Assembly (NCBI GenBank): GCA_964610875.1
Contig: CAZSWP010000003.1
Coordinates: 1-48,102 of the forward strand
DNA length: 48,102 nt
Source of the DNA: an uncultured archaeon
GTDB taxonomy: Archaea > Asgardarchaeota > Thorarchaeia > Thorarchaeales > Thorarchaeaceae
Reading direction: 5' to 3'
Shown here: piece by piece, positions 9,851-18,177 of the stretch
Position numbering within the stretch: position 1 is the first letter of the stretch
Layout: each line of letters begins with the position of its first letter
Translations under genes and position numbers: made by a program
Notes under the pieces: generated by a model
What the model saw: the letters and a program-made list of their open reading frames with translations, nothing else
Told to the model about the DNA's origin: nothing
Database searches by the model: none

Positions 9851-10645
9851 CTACAAGATTCTAAGCGTTTCTCCAATTATTGACTCTTCTCTATCACCCA
9901 TGATAGCAACCAGTTCTATGTGGTCTACTAGCTGTGGTGCACTTCGAATCTTTTCTTCCAGTAATTCTTGGATTTGAAATATTCCAGATGCATTATTCAT
10001 CGTGACTTCAATTCGGACTTCCCTTTCCTCGCCTTTCTTGATTTTAACACGATCAATTGACATAGCAGATGCAGAATGAATATTCACCCTACCTGCTTCA
10101 AAGGGTATTCGTGCTCGTCCTTTTGTCATGTCTAGCGCATCAGCAATACCAACGATTCCTGCCTCTATAGTCTGCGGAGTAATCATTTTGTCATGACTGT
10201 ATATTGCATGTAGTATGTGTCCTCGAACATGAACCTGTTTGTGAAAATCTTTTGGATACACCTTAGTGAGAATTCTATCTACAATTGGTGCTGCCAGAGT
10301 GACCGAGAAAATATGATGGCCCTCACGACTGACTGTCATGCCGATGTCATGCAGATAGCATGCCATTAGAATGATTAGCTGTGCATCCTCCAATGTACCA
10401 GTTTCTTCTTGTACGATTGATGGGTGAATACTATCCTTTACTGCATTAAACAACTGGATACCACTTTTAGTTACAATCAGTGAGTGAGTGTGGCCATGAT
10501 CCGAGTATCCCATCCTGTCAATAGCCATACGATTTGTATCTTCAAGTATAGTCTGTACTTCAACATCTCTCTCAAGGGCGTCAAATGCAATCGTACAGAG
10601 TTTATTGCCCTTGAACATTCTTCTTACTCTATCTTTCAATGTCAT
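9851..10645 (-). CDS. HD-domain phosphohydrolase
   Basis: GYSDHGHTH, YLHDIG, HAIYSHD, ADALDM.KGRARIP. Confidence 0.9.
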   Translation of the reverse strand: MTLKDRVRRMFKGNKLCTIAFDALERDVEVQTILEDTNRMAIDRMGYSDHGHTHSLIVTKSGIQLFNAVKDSIHPSIVQEETGTLEDAQLIILMACYLHDIGMTVSREGHHIFSVTLAAPIVDRILTKVYPKDFHKQVHVRGHILHAIYSHDKMITPQTIEAGIVGIADALDMTKGRARIPFEAGRVNIHSASAMSIDRVKIKKGEEREVRIEVTMNNASGIFQIQELLEEKIRSAPQLVDHIELVAIMGDREESIIGETLRIL

Positions 10646-10887
10646 TCTTGCTTTGTGGCCTTTATACAATGAACTAGGCCCCCTTTTCTTTTTCTTTTCT
10701 TTCTACTCTTATTATCAAGATTGGATTGTCCAGTTAAGGTAGTTTCTATATGTCGTTTTCATTTCAAATGCTTATCAGAAGATTCTATTCCATTAGTGAC
10801 TATGAAACTACAAATTCAAAACAAATGATACTTTTTGGTTGTGTTTCAGTAACTTCCTTATTTTGTAGGGTTCAACGCGTTTTTAGT

Positions 10888-11769
10888 CTAGGACCTAGCT
10901 GATGAAACAAGTTGTTCTTCTGGACTAGACTTTTCTTTTTCCATACCTTTCTTTATTCTCAAATATATAATAGATACAACCACTAGATAACCTACATATC
11001 CAGCCACTTCAAGTGCCGAGGGATTTCCATTATAACCAAATAGACTCTTTGCAAGACTTCCAATCAGTCCATTCTCATGAAGCAGAGGATAAGACCCATC
11101 AGGGAGTAATGGAGGATTAATATTCCAAATCTCCACCGGACCAATCAGGAGTAGTCCTGCTTCTTGGAGTTCATGAATACCATAGGCAATCATTCCTGCT
11201 GCAAATAATACCAAGAGAATGGAGGTCCATTTGAATACAGTGCCAAGACTAAGTCGCATGGAACCGGTATAAAATCCAACTCCAAGGACAATGGCAATTC
11301 CGAAACCCAGTGCGATTCCAAGATATGTGATGACACCATCTTGTATCACAAGGGCTATCGTGAAAAGCACAATCTCTACACCCTCTCGTAAAATGAGGGC
11401 AAAGGTCAGCATGAGTAGTCCTATTCCCTGTTTCACTCCAACCTCTCGTTCCACGGACTCCTCAATCTCAGTTGCTATTCTTGAACCAGTCTTCCACATC
11501 CACAGAATCATGGTAGTTAGAAGAAAAGCAGCTACGAGAACTACAGTCCCTTCAAATATTGCTACAGCTGGCCCTTCAAGAATTCCCCAGACCAGGTACA
11601 TTACAAATCCAATTCCAAGACTTGTCAGTATAGCAAATATGACTCCAAATAGAACGTATCTCTTCAACTCCATCCGTGATGTCTGACGGAGATAAGTCAG
11701 GATTATTGCCAGAATAAGGGCAATCTCTATCCCTTCTCGTAATGAAACAAGTATTGGAGTGATTATCAT
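10888..11769 (-). CDS. FTR1/EfeU-type iron permease
   Basis: Two REGxE motifs (REGIE, REGVE) and multiple TM segments. Confidence 0.93.
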   Translation of the reverse strand: MIITPILVSLREGIEIALILAIILTYLRQTSRMELKRYVLFGVIFAILTSLGIGFVMYLVWGILEGPAVAIFEGTVVLVAAFLLTTMILWMWKTGSRIATEIEESVEREVGVKQGIGLLMLTFALILREGVEIVLFTIALVIQDGVITYLGIALGFGIAIVLGVGFYTGSMRLSLGTVFKWTSILLVLFAAGMIAYGIHELQEAGLLLIGPVEIWNINPPLLPDGSYPLLHENGLIGSLAKSLFGYNGNPSALEVAGYVGYLVVVSIIYLRIKKGMEKEKSSPEEQLVSSARS

Positions 11770-11883
11770 ATCTAAAAAATTAGTAAACTATAGTTAATAA
11801 TCTTTGGATATGTCCTGCTTTTAGTATACGGAGATGGTTCGGACAGATAAAATTCTGAGATTGTGTACATCATTTGTCCTTCT

Positions 11884-12318
11884 CTACCACTTCAATATCT
11901 TGTACTGATGTTTCTCAAAGCAATCTGAACATACTCGGAACCATAGATCACTCTCTTTATTCTCTATCTTCTTGGCAATAATTTCTCCGTTCTTTATTGG
12001 AAGGTTATTCCCACAGAGATTGCATCTATAGACAGCCTCAACACGAAACTGAATCACTCTTGAGGGGCACGTGTAAATTCGTTCATTGCGTTTGGAACTA
12101 CCCAACTCTCGCATGTCGCCAAGTACTCGTAGAGATTGCAAAAGTGGATACATGCCTACAAAACTCTCCCCACATAATCCTTCAGGTGTGTGCCAGTCAA
12201 ATGTGAAGACTTTGCCTTTCTTATGATCAGCTCTGCAGTTGCCATCCTTGATGACTTCTACCTTGAAACTGACAGGTTCATGCCATGACTCAAGAAGATG
12301 AAGGACTTCATTATTCAT
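11884..12318 (-). CDS. TIGR04076 family protein with C-terminal CxxC...CxxC extension
   Basis: GNCRADHKKG, TPEGLC, YTCP; CNLC and CSDC. Confidence 0.75.
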   Translation of the reverse strand: MNNEVLHLLESWHEPVSFKVEVIKDGNCRADHKKGKVFTFDWHTPEGLCGESFVGMYPLLQSLRVLGDMRELGSSKRNERIYTCPSRVIQFRVEAVYRCNLCGNNLPIKNGEIIAKKIENKESDLWFRVCSDCFEKHQYKILKW

Positions 12319-12418
12319 TTGTTCAGGGCACCCATATTCAATACAACAGGTTCGCTATTTACTTTACTCATGGTATCGAGTGTATAGAAACCCCGTTCTT
12401 GCACTGTTTGTAGGCACA

Positions 12419-12454
12419 TCACAATCGAATCGGATTCGTTCCAATCCTCTTGAT
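12419..12454 (-). repeat. displaced copy of the mvhD 3' end
   Basis: Reads ATC AAG AGG ATT GGA ACG AAT CCG ATT CGA TTG TGA = IKRIGTNPIRL*. Confidence 0.8.
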
Positions 12455-12533
12455 ATTGTTCACTAAATAATTGCTCTACTGCAGTCTAATGTCTTCTATG
12501 AGTAGGATTGTTGTGCGCATACAATATTGGAGT

Positions 12534-13055
12534 CTATATGTTATCACTAATACCTCTCGCTATTTTCAAGACTTGCCCGTATACCTTGGAGTCCAATCGA
12601 AATCCCAAATCAATCATTTGATCAAGAGTTGCAATGAAATCAGAAAAGTTCAGATTCGAATTTGATAAGGCTTGAAGTAGAACTCCTAAAGTACCCAGGC
12701 ATCGTACGCCTAGGATTTCTGCTGCACTCCGTCCCATTTTATCATCGATAAGAAGAAGGGCATTCTTCTCTTTTGCAAGAAGAATGGCTGTGGCTTCTCC
12801 AAAATCAATCCCAGAGCTCTTTGCAATGAGAGCTGCGTCTTTGTTTGTAATATCTATACTTTGAATCCATCCCTCTTTAACAGCTGAGGAAATAACAATT
12901 GCATCTGGTGAGTCCTGAAGCCCACAGGTCTCATTGAGGACTTCATGGGGTATCATTATCTCTTGGAACAGTTCCTTTAGAATGGAAATTCTCCCGACCT
13001 TTGCTAGATAGATTAGTGGACTTGCATTGCTGACCACTCTATTGCTCCCTGACAA
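12534..13055 (-). CDS. PIN-domain toxin, DUF3368 family
   Basis: VVSNASPLIYL, IDFGEATAI, LLIDDKMGR, GTLGVL; start approximate, overlaps the antitoxin. Confidence 0.9.
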   Translation of the reverse strand: MSGSNRVVSNASPLIYLAKVGRISILKELFQEIMIPHEVLNETCGLQDSPDAIVISSAVKEGWIQSIDITNKDAALIAKSSGIDFGEATAILLAKEKNALLLIDDKMGRSAAEILGVRCLGTLGVLLQALSNSNLNFSDFIATLDQMIDLGFRLDSKVYGQVLKIARGISDNI

Positions 13056-13344
13056 ATGCAAGATCACGCTCCAGGTCATCCACATCATACGCGATGGAAA
13101 TAGATGCTTTGTCAGCCTCCTTCATCATTACTCTTAGTGGTACACCTGCCATAGAGGCAGCCTTCCAGAGAGAAACTCGTTTCTCTCTATATGCCTTCAG
13201 TGCCCTCTCCAATAGGAATTGCTGTATTCCGATGGCCAGAGCTCTCCTGATCAACTCCGACCGATCAATATGTTCTTCTTTGGCAATGAGCTCCAGTTTC
13301 TTAATCATGTCTTCTGGTAGTCTTGCAGTTACAGTTTCCATCAT
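13039..13344 (-). CDS. UPF0175 / ribbon-helix-helix antitoxin
   Basis: TVTARLP...DRSELIRRAL (RHH) and VSLWKAASMAGV; directly upstream of the PIN gene. Confidence 0.88.
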   Translation of the reverse strand: MMETVTARLPEDMIKKLELIAKEEHIDRSELIRRALAIGIQQFLLERALKAYREKRVSLWKAASMAGVPLRVMMKEADKASISIAYDVDDLERDLAFVREQ

Positions 13345-13402
13345 ACGTCGTGTGCATTATATTATTTTGTACACATAAGCCTTTCCTTATTCCGCTCATA
13401 CT

Positions 13403-13438
13403 CTATAGTCGTATTGGAGTCTGGTCAATCTTCCCAAT
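13403..13438 (-). repeat. degenerate displaced copy of the mvhD 3' end
   Basis: Reads ATT GGG AAG ATT GAC CAG ACT CCA ATA CGA CTA TAG = IGKIDQTPIRL*. Confidence 0.65.
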
Positions 13439-13514
13439 CTACTATTTTGTTAGTCATGGCAAAAAGAATGTTCTTTGCCTGGAGAATAATCCAAATTTTC
13501 CTCGGCGTGATATT

Positions 13515-13544
13515 TTACAATCGAATCGGGTTCGGACCAATCTT
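13515..13544 (-). repeat. displaced copy of the mvhD 3' end
   Basis: AAG ATT GGT CCG AAC CCG ATT CGA TTG TAA = KIGPNPIRL*, four differences from 15331-15360, all synonymous. Confidence 0.9.
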
Positions 13545-13549
13545 TGTAT

Positions 13550-13960
13550 TTATGTCATATACAGGAGTTTGGAGATACTCTGTTTCTCAGCAATAGATAG
13601 CTGTTCAGGTAGATATCGTTCTTTTGGAATAAGTTTCAGCCGGATGGTATCAAGTTCATGGACGTTTGGATTCTGTATTCGAATGATAGCTGCATTGCTT
13701 TCGATAATTCTGTATTCAGATAATGTTTCTTGAACTCTATGAACCACATCCAGAACGCGCTCAACCGTCCGAGGGTTGAGATTGGTCCTCTTGAAAACCT
13801 CTAGGACTGAGAGTTCATCCTCAAGAATGAGAGCTTGGGTGACTTCTTCTCATAGACTCCTCAAGAGTTGTACGTCGTTTAGACTTCTCCGCAACATGAA
13901 GCAGCTCTCTGACCTGCATCCTCTACTGAAGTCCGCTTTCTCGGGGTCATGGTCTGTCAT
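13550..13960 (-). pseudogene. frameshifted paralog of the tandem-wHTH protein at 14017-14709
   Basis: KRRTTLEESMRR / VTQALILEDELSVLEVFKRTNLNPRTVERVLDVVHRVQE...ERYLPEQ aligns with RTSVEEVIER..LEIEDDLTVAELARRAGVNRKTVDRALD...KWYFPDE across a frame change. Confidence 0.75.
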
Positions 13961-14016
13961 TCCTTTATCGATTTGACATATACTAGTCTGGACTATCCAA
14001 AATAAACTCACAAAGA

Positions 14017-14709
14017 CTATGAAGTCAGTAAGAGGGCTTTCTCTTGTTCCTCTGGAAGCTCTTCTACTTCATCAGGAAAGTACCATTTCTTCAGCAGATA
14101 TTTGATTATTGTAGAGTCAAGGTCATATATCTCAGGACGCAGTCGCCAGATTATCATATCCTTCTTTGAGATGATGCCTTTAGCTATCTGCTCTTGGAAC
14201 TTAGTTATGATGTCCAGAGCTCTATCAACCGTCTTCCTGTTCACACCAGCACGTCGAGCCAGTTCTGCCACTGTGAGATCATCTTCAATCTCTAATACGA
14301 TAAACAAGCGTTCTATCACTTCTTCCACTGAGGTTCGAGATGCTGACTCAAACCTGGCGCTTATCTGTTCAGCACTCATGTCTGGTTCTTTTTTCTTGAA
14401 GAACCGTTTCTTGATGTACCACTCACGTATTTCCTCAGGCAGTCTTATCTTATCCAGCCGGTCTCTCATCCAGACAATCTTACCCGCTTTACTCTTCATG
14501 ACTCTGATCTCATGTGCTGCAAATATCTCTTGCGTATTCATCAAGAAGTCAATCACACGTTCTACTGCACGCCAGTCCACATTTGTGCTATCTGCAATAG
14601 CCATGATGGTTATTGGTGACTCTACCACTACTGTATCTAGTATGGACTCAACAGCCTCTTCGAATGTCGTTCTCTTATCATCTGTCATATCCGTCACCAT
14701 GTCGTTCAT
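14017..14709 (-). CDS. tandem (internally duplicated) winged-helix DNA-binding protein
   Basis: Two homologous halves, RTTFEEAVE..ITIMAIADSTNVDWRAVERVID and RTSVEEVIE..LTVAELARRAGVNRKTVDRALD. Confidence 0.8.
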   Translation of the reverse strand: MNDMVTDMTDDKRTTFEEAVESILDTVVVESPITIMAIADSTNVDWRAVERVIDFLMNTQEIFAAHEIRVMKSKAGKIVWMRDRLDKIRLPEEIREWYIKKRFFKKKEPDMSAEQISARFESASRTSVEEVIERLFIVLEIEDDLTVAELARRAGVNRKTVDRALDIITKFQEQIAKGIISKKDMIIWRLRPEIYDLDSTIIKYLLKKWYFPDEVEELPEEQEKALLLTS

Positions 14710-14717
14710 TTCCTACT

Positions 14718-14958
14718 ATAACTGTGACACTCTCACTCACTGTCGTAACTGTTAGTCGGTTGACTCGATTTTGGACCACGTGTCTAGCCACATCATTTCT
14801 AGCGGAGTTGATTGTACTGACGTGTAGCAGTCTGTCGCGTTCTTATACTCGCTTTAACGTATATATATCTTATCACTACTAATTTTGTTTATATTTTCGC
14901 TTATTATATCATTATATTTCTTTATTACGGCAAATATATATAAGGATGTGACAGTTAT
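14718..14958. promoter_or_regulatory. divergent promoter with matched TGT(C/G)ACAGTTAT sites before both start codons
   Basis: ATAACTGTGACA at 14718-14729 and TGTGACAGTTAT at 14947-14958; AT-rich TATA-like core between them. Confidence 0.55.
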
Positions 14959-14965
14959 CATCTTT

Positions 14966-15277
14966 ATGCAACTATCTGAGATTGACCTCATCATCATGGC
15001 GTGCATGTACGATGAGGACCGGATAGGTGCACATCATGGCAATGTAGAGAACATCCTTAAATTCTGTACACCGAAAGAGTACCGTGACAGGTACAGAGTC
15101 AGTATACTCAAAAAACGTCTTAGAAGACTGGCACGTGCAGGGTATCTTCGTATGAAGAAGGGAAGATTCGAAGCGTATTCTCTGACACAACGGGGAGTCA
15201 ATATTGCAGAACGCTGGAAACAGGGCTGGACTGTTGATCAAATTAACGATGCCGAGAGGAAAGAGGGTTTTCTCTAG
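14966..15277 (+). CDS. small winged-helix protein
   Basis: ATG at 14966; LKKRLRRLARAGYL...YSLTQRG wHTH pattern. Confidence 0.78.
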   Translation: MQLSEIDLIIMACMYDEDRIGAHHGNVENILKFCTPKEYRDRYRVSILKKRLRRLARAGYLRMKKGRFEAYSLTQRGVNIAERWKQGWTVDQINDAERKEGFL

Positions 15278-15330
15278 AAATATGGATTTCTGTTTATTCT
15301 ATACCTGTACTGCATGTGCAATTTGGTCTT

Positions 15331-15741
15331 TTACAATCTTATCGGGTTTGGGCCAATCTTCCTGATTTCTTCCGCGAACTTGTTGACCTCAGCGGCAAAC
15401 TTGTCACCCTCAGCCGCACTCACGAAGACCATCTTCACCCTGTCCTTGTTCAGGCCCACCTGGCCAACTAACTCCCTCGCAAACCTCACCCTTCGCTCAG
15501 CCCCCAAATTTCCGGTCTTATATGCGCAGTCACCAGGATGGCAACCCACCACCAGCACTCCGTCGGCACCTTCCTGCAGCGCCTTCAAGATGAAGTTGAT
15601 GTCCAGCCTCGCGGTACACGGCATTCTGATTATCCGCGACGTGATGTCGTACTGTAACTTCATGGTCCCTGCAAGGTCGGATGCTGCGTACATGCATTGC
15701 ATGCACCCGAAAACTATGATGTTCATGTCTTTAGGAGGCAT
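15331..15741 (-). CDS. mvhD: hydrogenase/Hdr-associated 2Fe-2S subunit MvhD (FlpD), Cys form
   Basis: FGCMQCMYAASDLAG, RMPCTAR, GADGVLVVGCHPGDCAY, VSAAEG, IGPNP. Confidence 0.95.
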   Translation of the reverse strand: MPPKDMNIIVFGCMQCMYAASDLAGTMKLQYDITSRIIRMPCTARLDINFILKALQEGADGVLVVGCHPGDCAYKTGNLGAERRVRFARELVGQVGLNKDRVKMVFVSAAEGDKFAAEVNKFAEEIRKIGPNPIRL

Positions 15742-15804
15742 TTAGAGTTCCACCGCATTCTAGTTTTCGGAGAAGTAACGGCAATATATTCTTTGATGTA
15801 TGGA

Positions 15805-17721
15805 TAGGGTCGCTGGGAGATTGTACTCCCAGCGCATGCAGTGCCCGACCAGTTCAGGGATTGTGAGATGTTGAGTGAACCTCGCAATCTTTCTGCAACC
15901 TCTGCGTTCCACCAGACCCGTGACAGCCATCGCTGGACTCAGGACCATTCACACGTTCCTGATTGACACGAGCCTTGTCAGACTTCATTTGAACATGGTC
16001 CATCTGCCTGAACGTGGCTTCTTTCCTCTGCTCAAGTACATCGGACCCACCAGACCTTGGGCTGTCAAGGTGTCCGACGGCAGGAGGTGATTCCGCAGCA
16101 CTTTCCACGACTGGATCTTTATCACTCATTTTACCCTTGTCGCCAAGAATAAGAAGGTCTTGTTGGACATGGTGAACAGTCGCGGACTCCCCTTCAAGCA
16201 AGGCTGGTGACCTCTGAGGGAGTGAGGACTTCTGCTTAGAAACTTCGGCGGTTTTCCTTGCAGCTTTTGGACGTGGCTTCTGCTTAGAAGCATGTAACCA
16301 ACGCCCTAGTCCTTTGAGCTCATCCTGCAATGCAGGAGTAAGCTTTATTCTTCGTATTGCAATGTTAATGGCGCCATTTCGGTCAGCATTCGTTCGATAA
16401 CCACAGGTTGGACAGACAAAGAGGTCCTGTTTAGGTCGAGTTCCTCTTCGTCCACATTGACTACATGTAATGCTAGTCCTTCCTTCATACACCGCAAGAA
16501 AACGACTCTCGAATCTACCAACGCTCCATCCAAGTTGGGAGAAGTGGTGTTCGAGTTTCTGGATTACCCTGAAGAAAGCCCACCTATGTATCATCTTACG
16601 ATACTTACGACCACAGCTATACTGTTTGGATGCAATATTCCGAATTCCTTTGGGATTGCCAACAGCAACATAGAGATTGTACTTTTGACTGAGTTCTGTC
16701 ACATAATCGATAAGATTTGCAACTAGAACACGGTCCCACTCTTCGTTGATGTTAGCCTGTTTGTGTCGTAATATTCGGAGTTTCTTTGCAAGTTTGTCAT
16801 ATGGCAGTCTTTGCTCTCTACGGATTCGCATATCTCTCTGAAGTGAAGAGATACGCTGTTCACATCTCTTGAGATATTCTATCTTCTCTTTCTGATAGAA
16901 ATACCTGACATGCTGAACACGGTCTTTGGTGAGTGTCACAGCACATGCGGCTTTGCTGATTCCAAGATCAATGCCTACCACAGCTAAGGGTCTTTCCTTC
17001 TGGAAACTTTTCTTTGACTCGTTGATTCCTATTGAGAAGACGACCCACCAGCGACATTCATCATCCTTGACTATCTTACATGAATTCATAGTCCCTCTCT
17101 CTATCTGTGATAGATGGAAAGGAGAGACCTTGAGAGGAACGGTCAGCTTGTCATGAACTCTTCGACCCTGTCTGACAGAGTCAAGCGAGTCCCTGATTTC
17201 AAGCCAGTGTTTGATAGTCAAATCTGGACGATAAACAAGCTGGAACAGCTTTGGAAAGATGTTTCGAGGAATCTTCCGTTTTCGCTTTCCTTCCATATGC
17301 AGTGGCGGACTACCACCTTTTCGTAGATAGCTAGTCCACATATTGACTGCAACGTCTCGACATTCTTGTAGTTCATTCACAGAGATATTGGGAAACCTCG
17401 CTTTGAAATCATGCGGGACTTCAAGACGACGTCTCTTAGGGTCTTTGTGTCTTAGAGCTGTAAGAGTAAGTCTGTCAAGCTGTACAATATCGATTCGTTT
17501 CCACTTATCGCCTTTAACAAGTTGCTTTTGATGTCGTTCAATGACACCAAGATACGCTCTTATGACTCTGGTATCCCGACCTGTGATATGAGAGAGTCTG
17601 GTACGCTGTCGTTTTGTCATTCTTTCCCAGTTGATGGGAACCTTGACACTGACAATTGTACCCGAAGAGCGACGCATTCTAAATACACCGAATATAAATT
17701 TCCGACCTGTTGCAGGTTCGG
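15805..17721 (-). mobile_element. non-autonomous IS200/IS605/IS607-superfamily element (tnpB only); ends approximate
   Basis: tnpB flanked by hairpins CCGACCTG-TTG-CAGGTTCGG (17702-17721) and CGCTGGGAG-N6-CTCCCAGCG (15811-15834); no tnpA nearby. Confidence 0.6.
15854..17677 (-). CDS. tnpB: TnpB/Cas12f-like RNA-guided endonuclease with long C-terminal tail
   Basis: RuvC-I VVGIDLG (D237), zinc ribbon CSQC..CPTC, RuvC-III NADRNGAINI (D432). Confidence 0.92.
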   Translation of the reverse strand: MRRSSGTIVSVKVPINWERMTKRQRTRLSHITGRDTRVIRAYLGVIERHQKQLVKGDKWKRIDIVQLDRLTLTALRHKDPKRRRLEVPHDFKARFPNISVNELQECRDVAVNMWTSYLRKGGSPPLHMEGKRKRKIPRNIFPKLFQLVYRPDLTIKHWLEIRDSLDSVRQGRRVHDKLTVPLKVSPFHLSQIERGTMNSCKIVKDDECRWWVVFSIGINESKKSFQKERPLAVVGIDLGISKAACAVTLTKDRVQHVRYFYQKEKIEYLKRCEQRISSLQRDMRIRREQRLPYDKLAKKLRILRHKQANINEEWDRVLVANLIDYVTELSQKYNLYVAVGNPKGIRNIASKQYSCGRKYRKMIHRWAFFRVIQKLEHHFSQLGWSVGRFESRFLAVYEGRTSITCSQCGRRGTRPKQDLFVCPTCGYRTNADRNGAINIAIRRIKLTPALQDELKGLGRWLHASKQKPRPKAARKTAEVSKQKSSLPQRSPALLEGESATVHHVQQDLLILGDKGKMSDKDPVVESAAESPPAVGHLDSPRSGGSDVLEQRKEATFRQMDHVQMKSDKARVNQERVNGPESSDGCHGSGGTQRLQKDCEVHSTSHNP

Positions 17722-17864
17722 TTATAGAGATTCACTCGTTCTATTGTAATGTAGAACAAGTGAAATACTCCACACTATTCTTTCCTGACGGAAAGAATAT
17801 AAATTTATGACTAAGGGGAACATGGGTAAAGTAATGCGAGCCACTAAAGCTGCATCAGAACTGG

Positions 17865-18173
17865 TTGCGACCGCTCAAAGAGTCCCTACAAAGTTTCCTG
17901 ACAAATGAAGAGTTGGCGTACTTGAAGATTAATGAAGCGGATTTGATTCTTGTCGTTTTAGTAATCACTATATTTACTGTACAATTTGTCAATACAATTT
18001 ATCAAGTATCTCTTGCCTACTTTTTCTTTGCTCTACTATTCTACTCTGTTGGTATTGTGCTAATCATTATGAGTGCATTGAGTGAGGATGAAACAAGAAC
18101 AAGTTCTGACAATGAGAAATCAGAAATCTTTGAAGAGCCTGACGAACTTAAATCTAAGGAAGTAATAGTGTAG
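17865..18173 (+). CDS. small membrane protein (2 TM)
   Basis: Two hydrophobic stretches, acidic tail, adjacent to the next gene. Confidence 0.6.
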   Translation: MRPLKESLQSFLTNEELAYLKINEADLILVVLVITIFTVQFVNTIYQVSLAYFFFALLFYSVGIVLIIMSALSEDETRTSSDNEKSEIFEEPDELKSKEVIV

Positions 18174-18177
18174 GTCT

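Noticed and set aside
10855-10880. Further possible mvhD-end copy (ALNPTK*)
   Set aside because: Too degenerate to distinguish from background.
14102-14755. 217-aa plus-strand ORF, and similar antisense ORFs such as 15314-15745, 18120-18629 and 31539-32000
   Set aside because: Antisense shadows of well-supported genes with no motifs of their own.
15280-15330. SECIS element downstream of mvhD
   Set aside because: No in-frame TGA in mvhD and no convincing SECIS hairpin.
15750-17860. CRISPR array beside the Cas12f-like gene
   Set aside because: No regularly spaced direct repeats and no cas1/2/4, so it was called TnpB.
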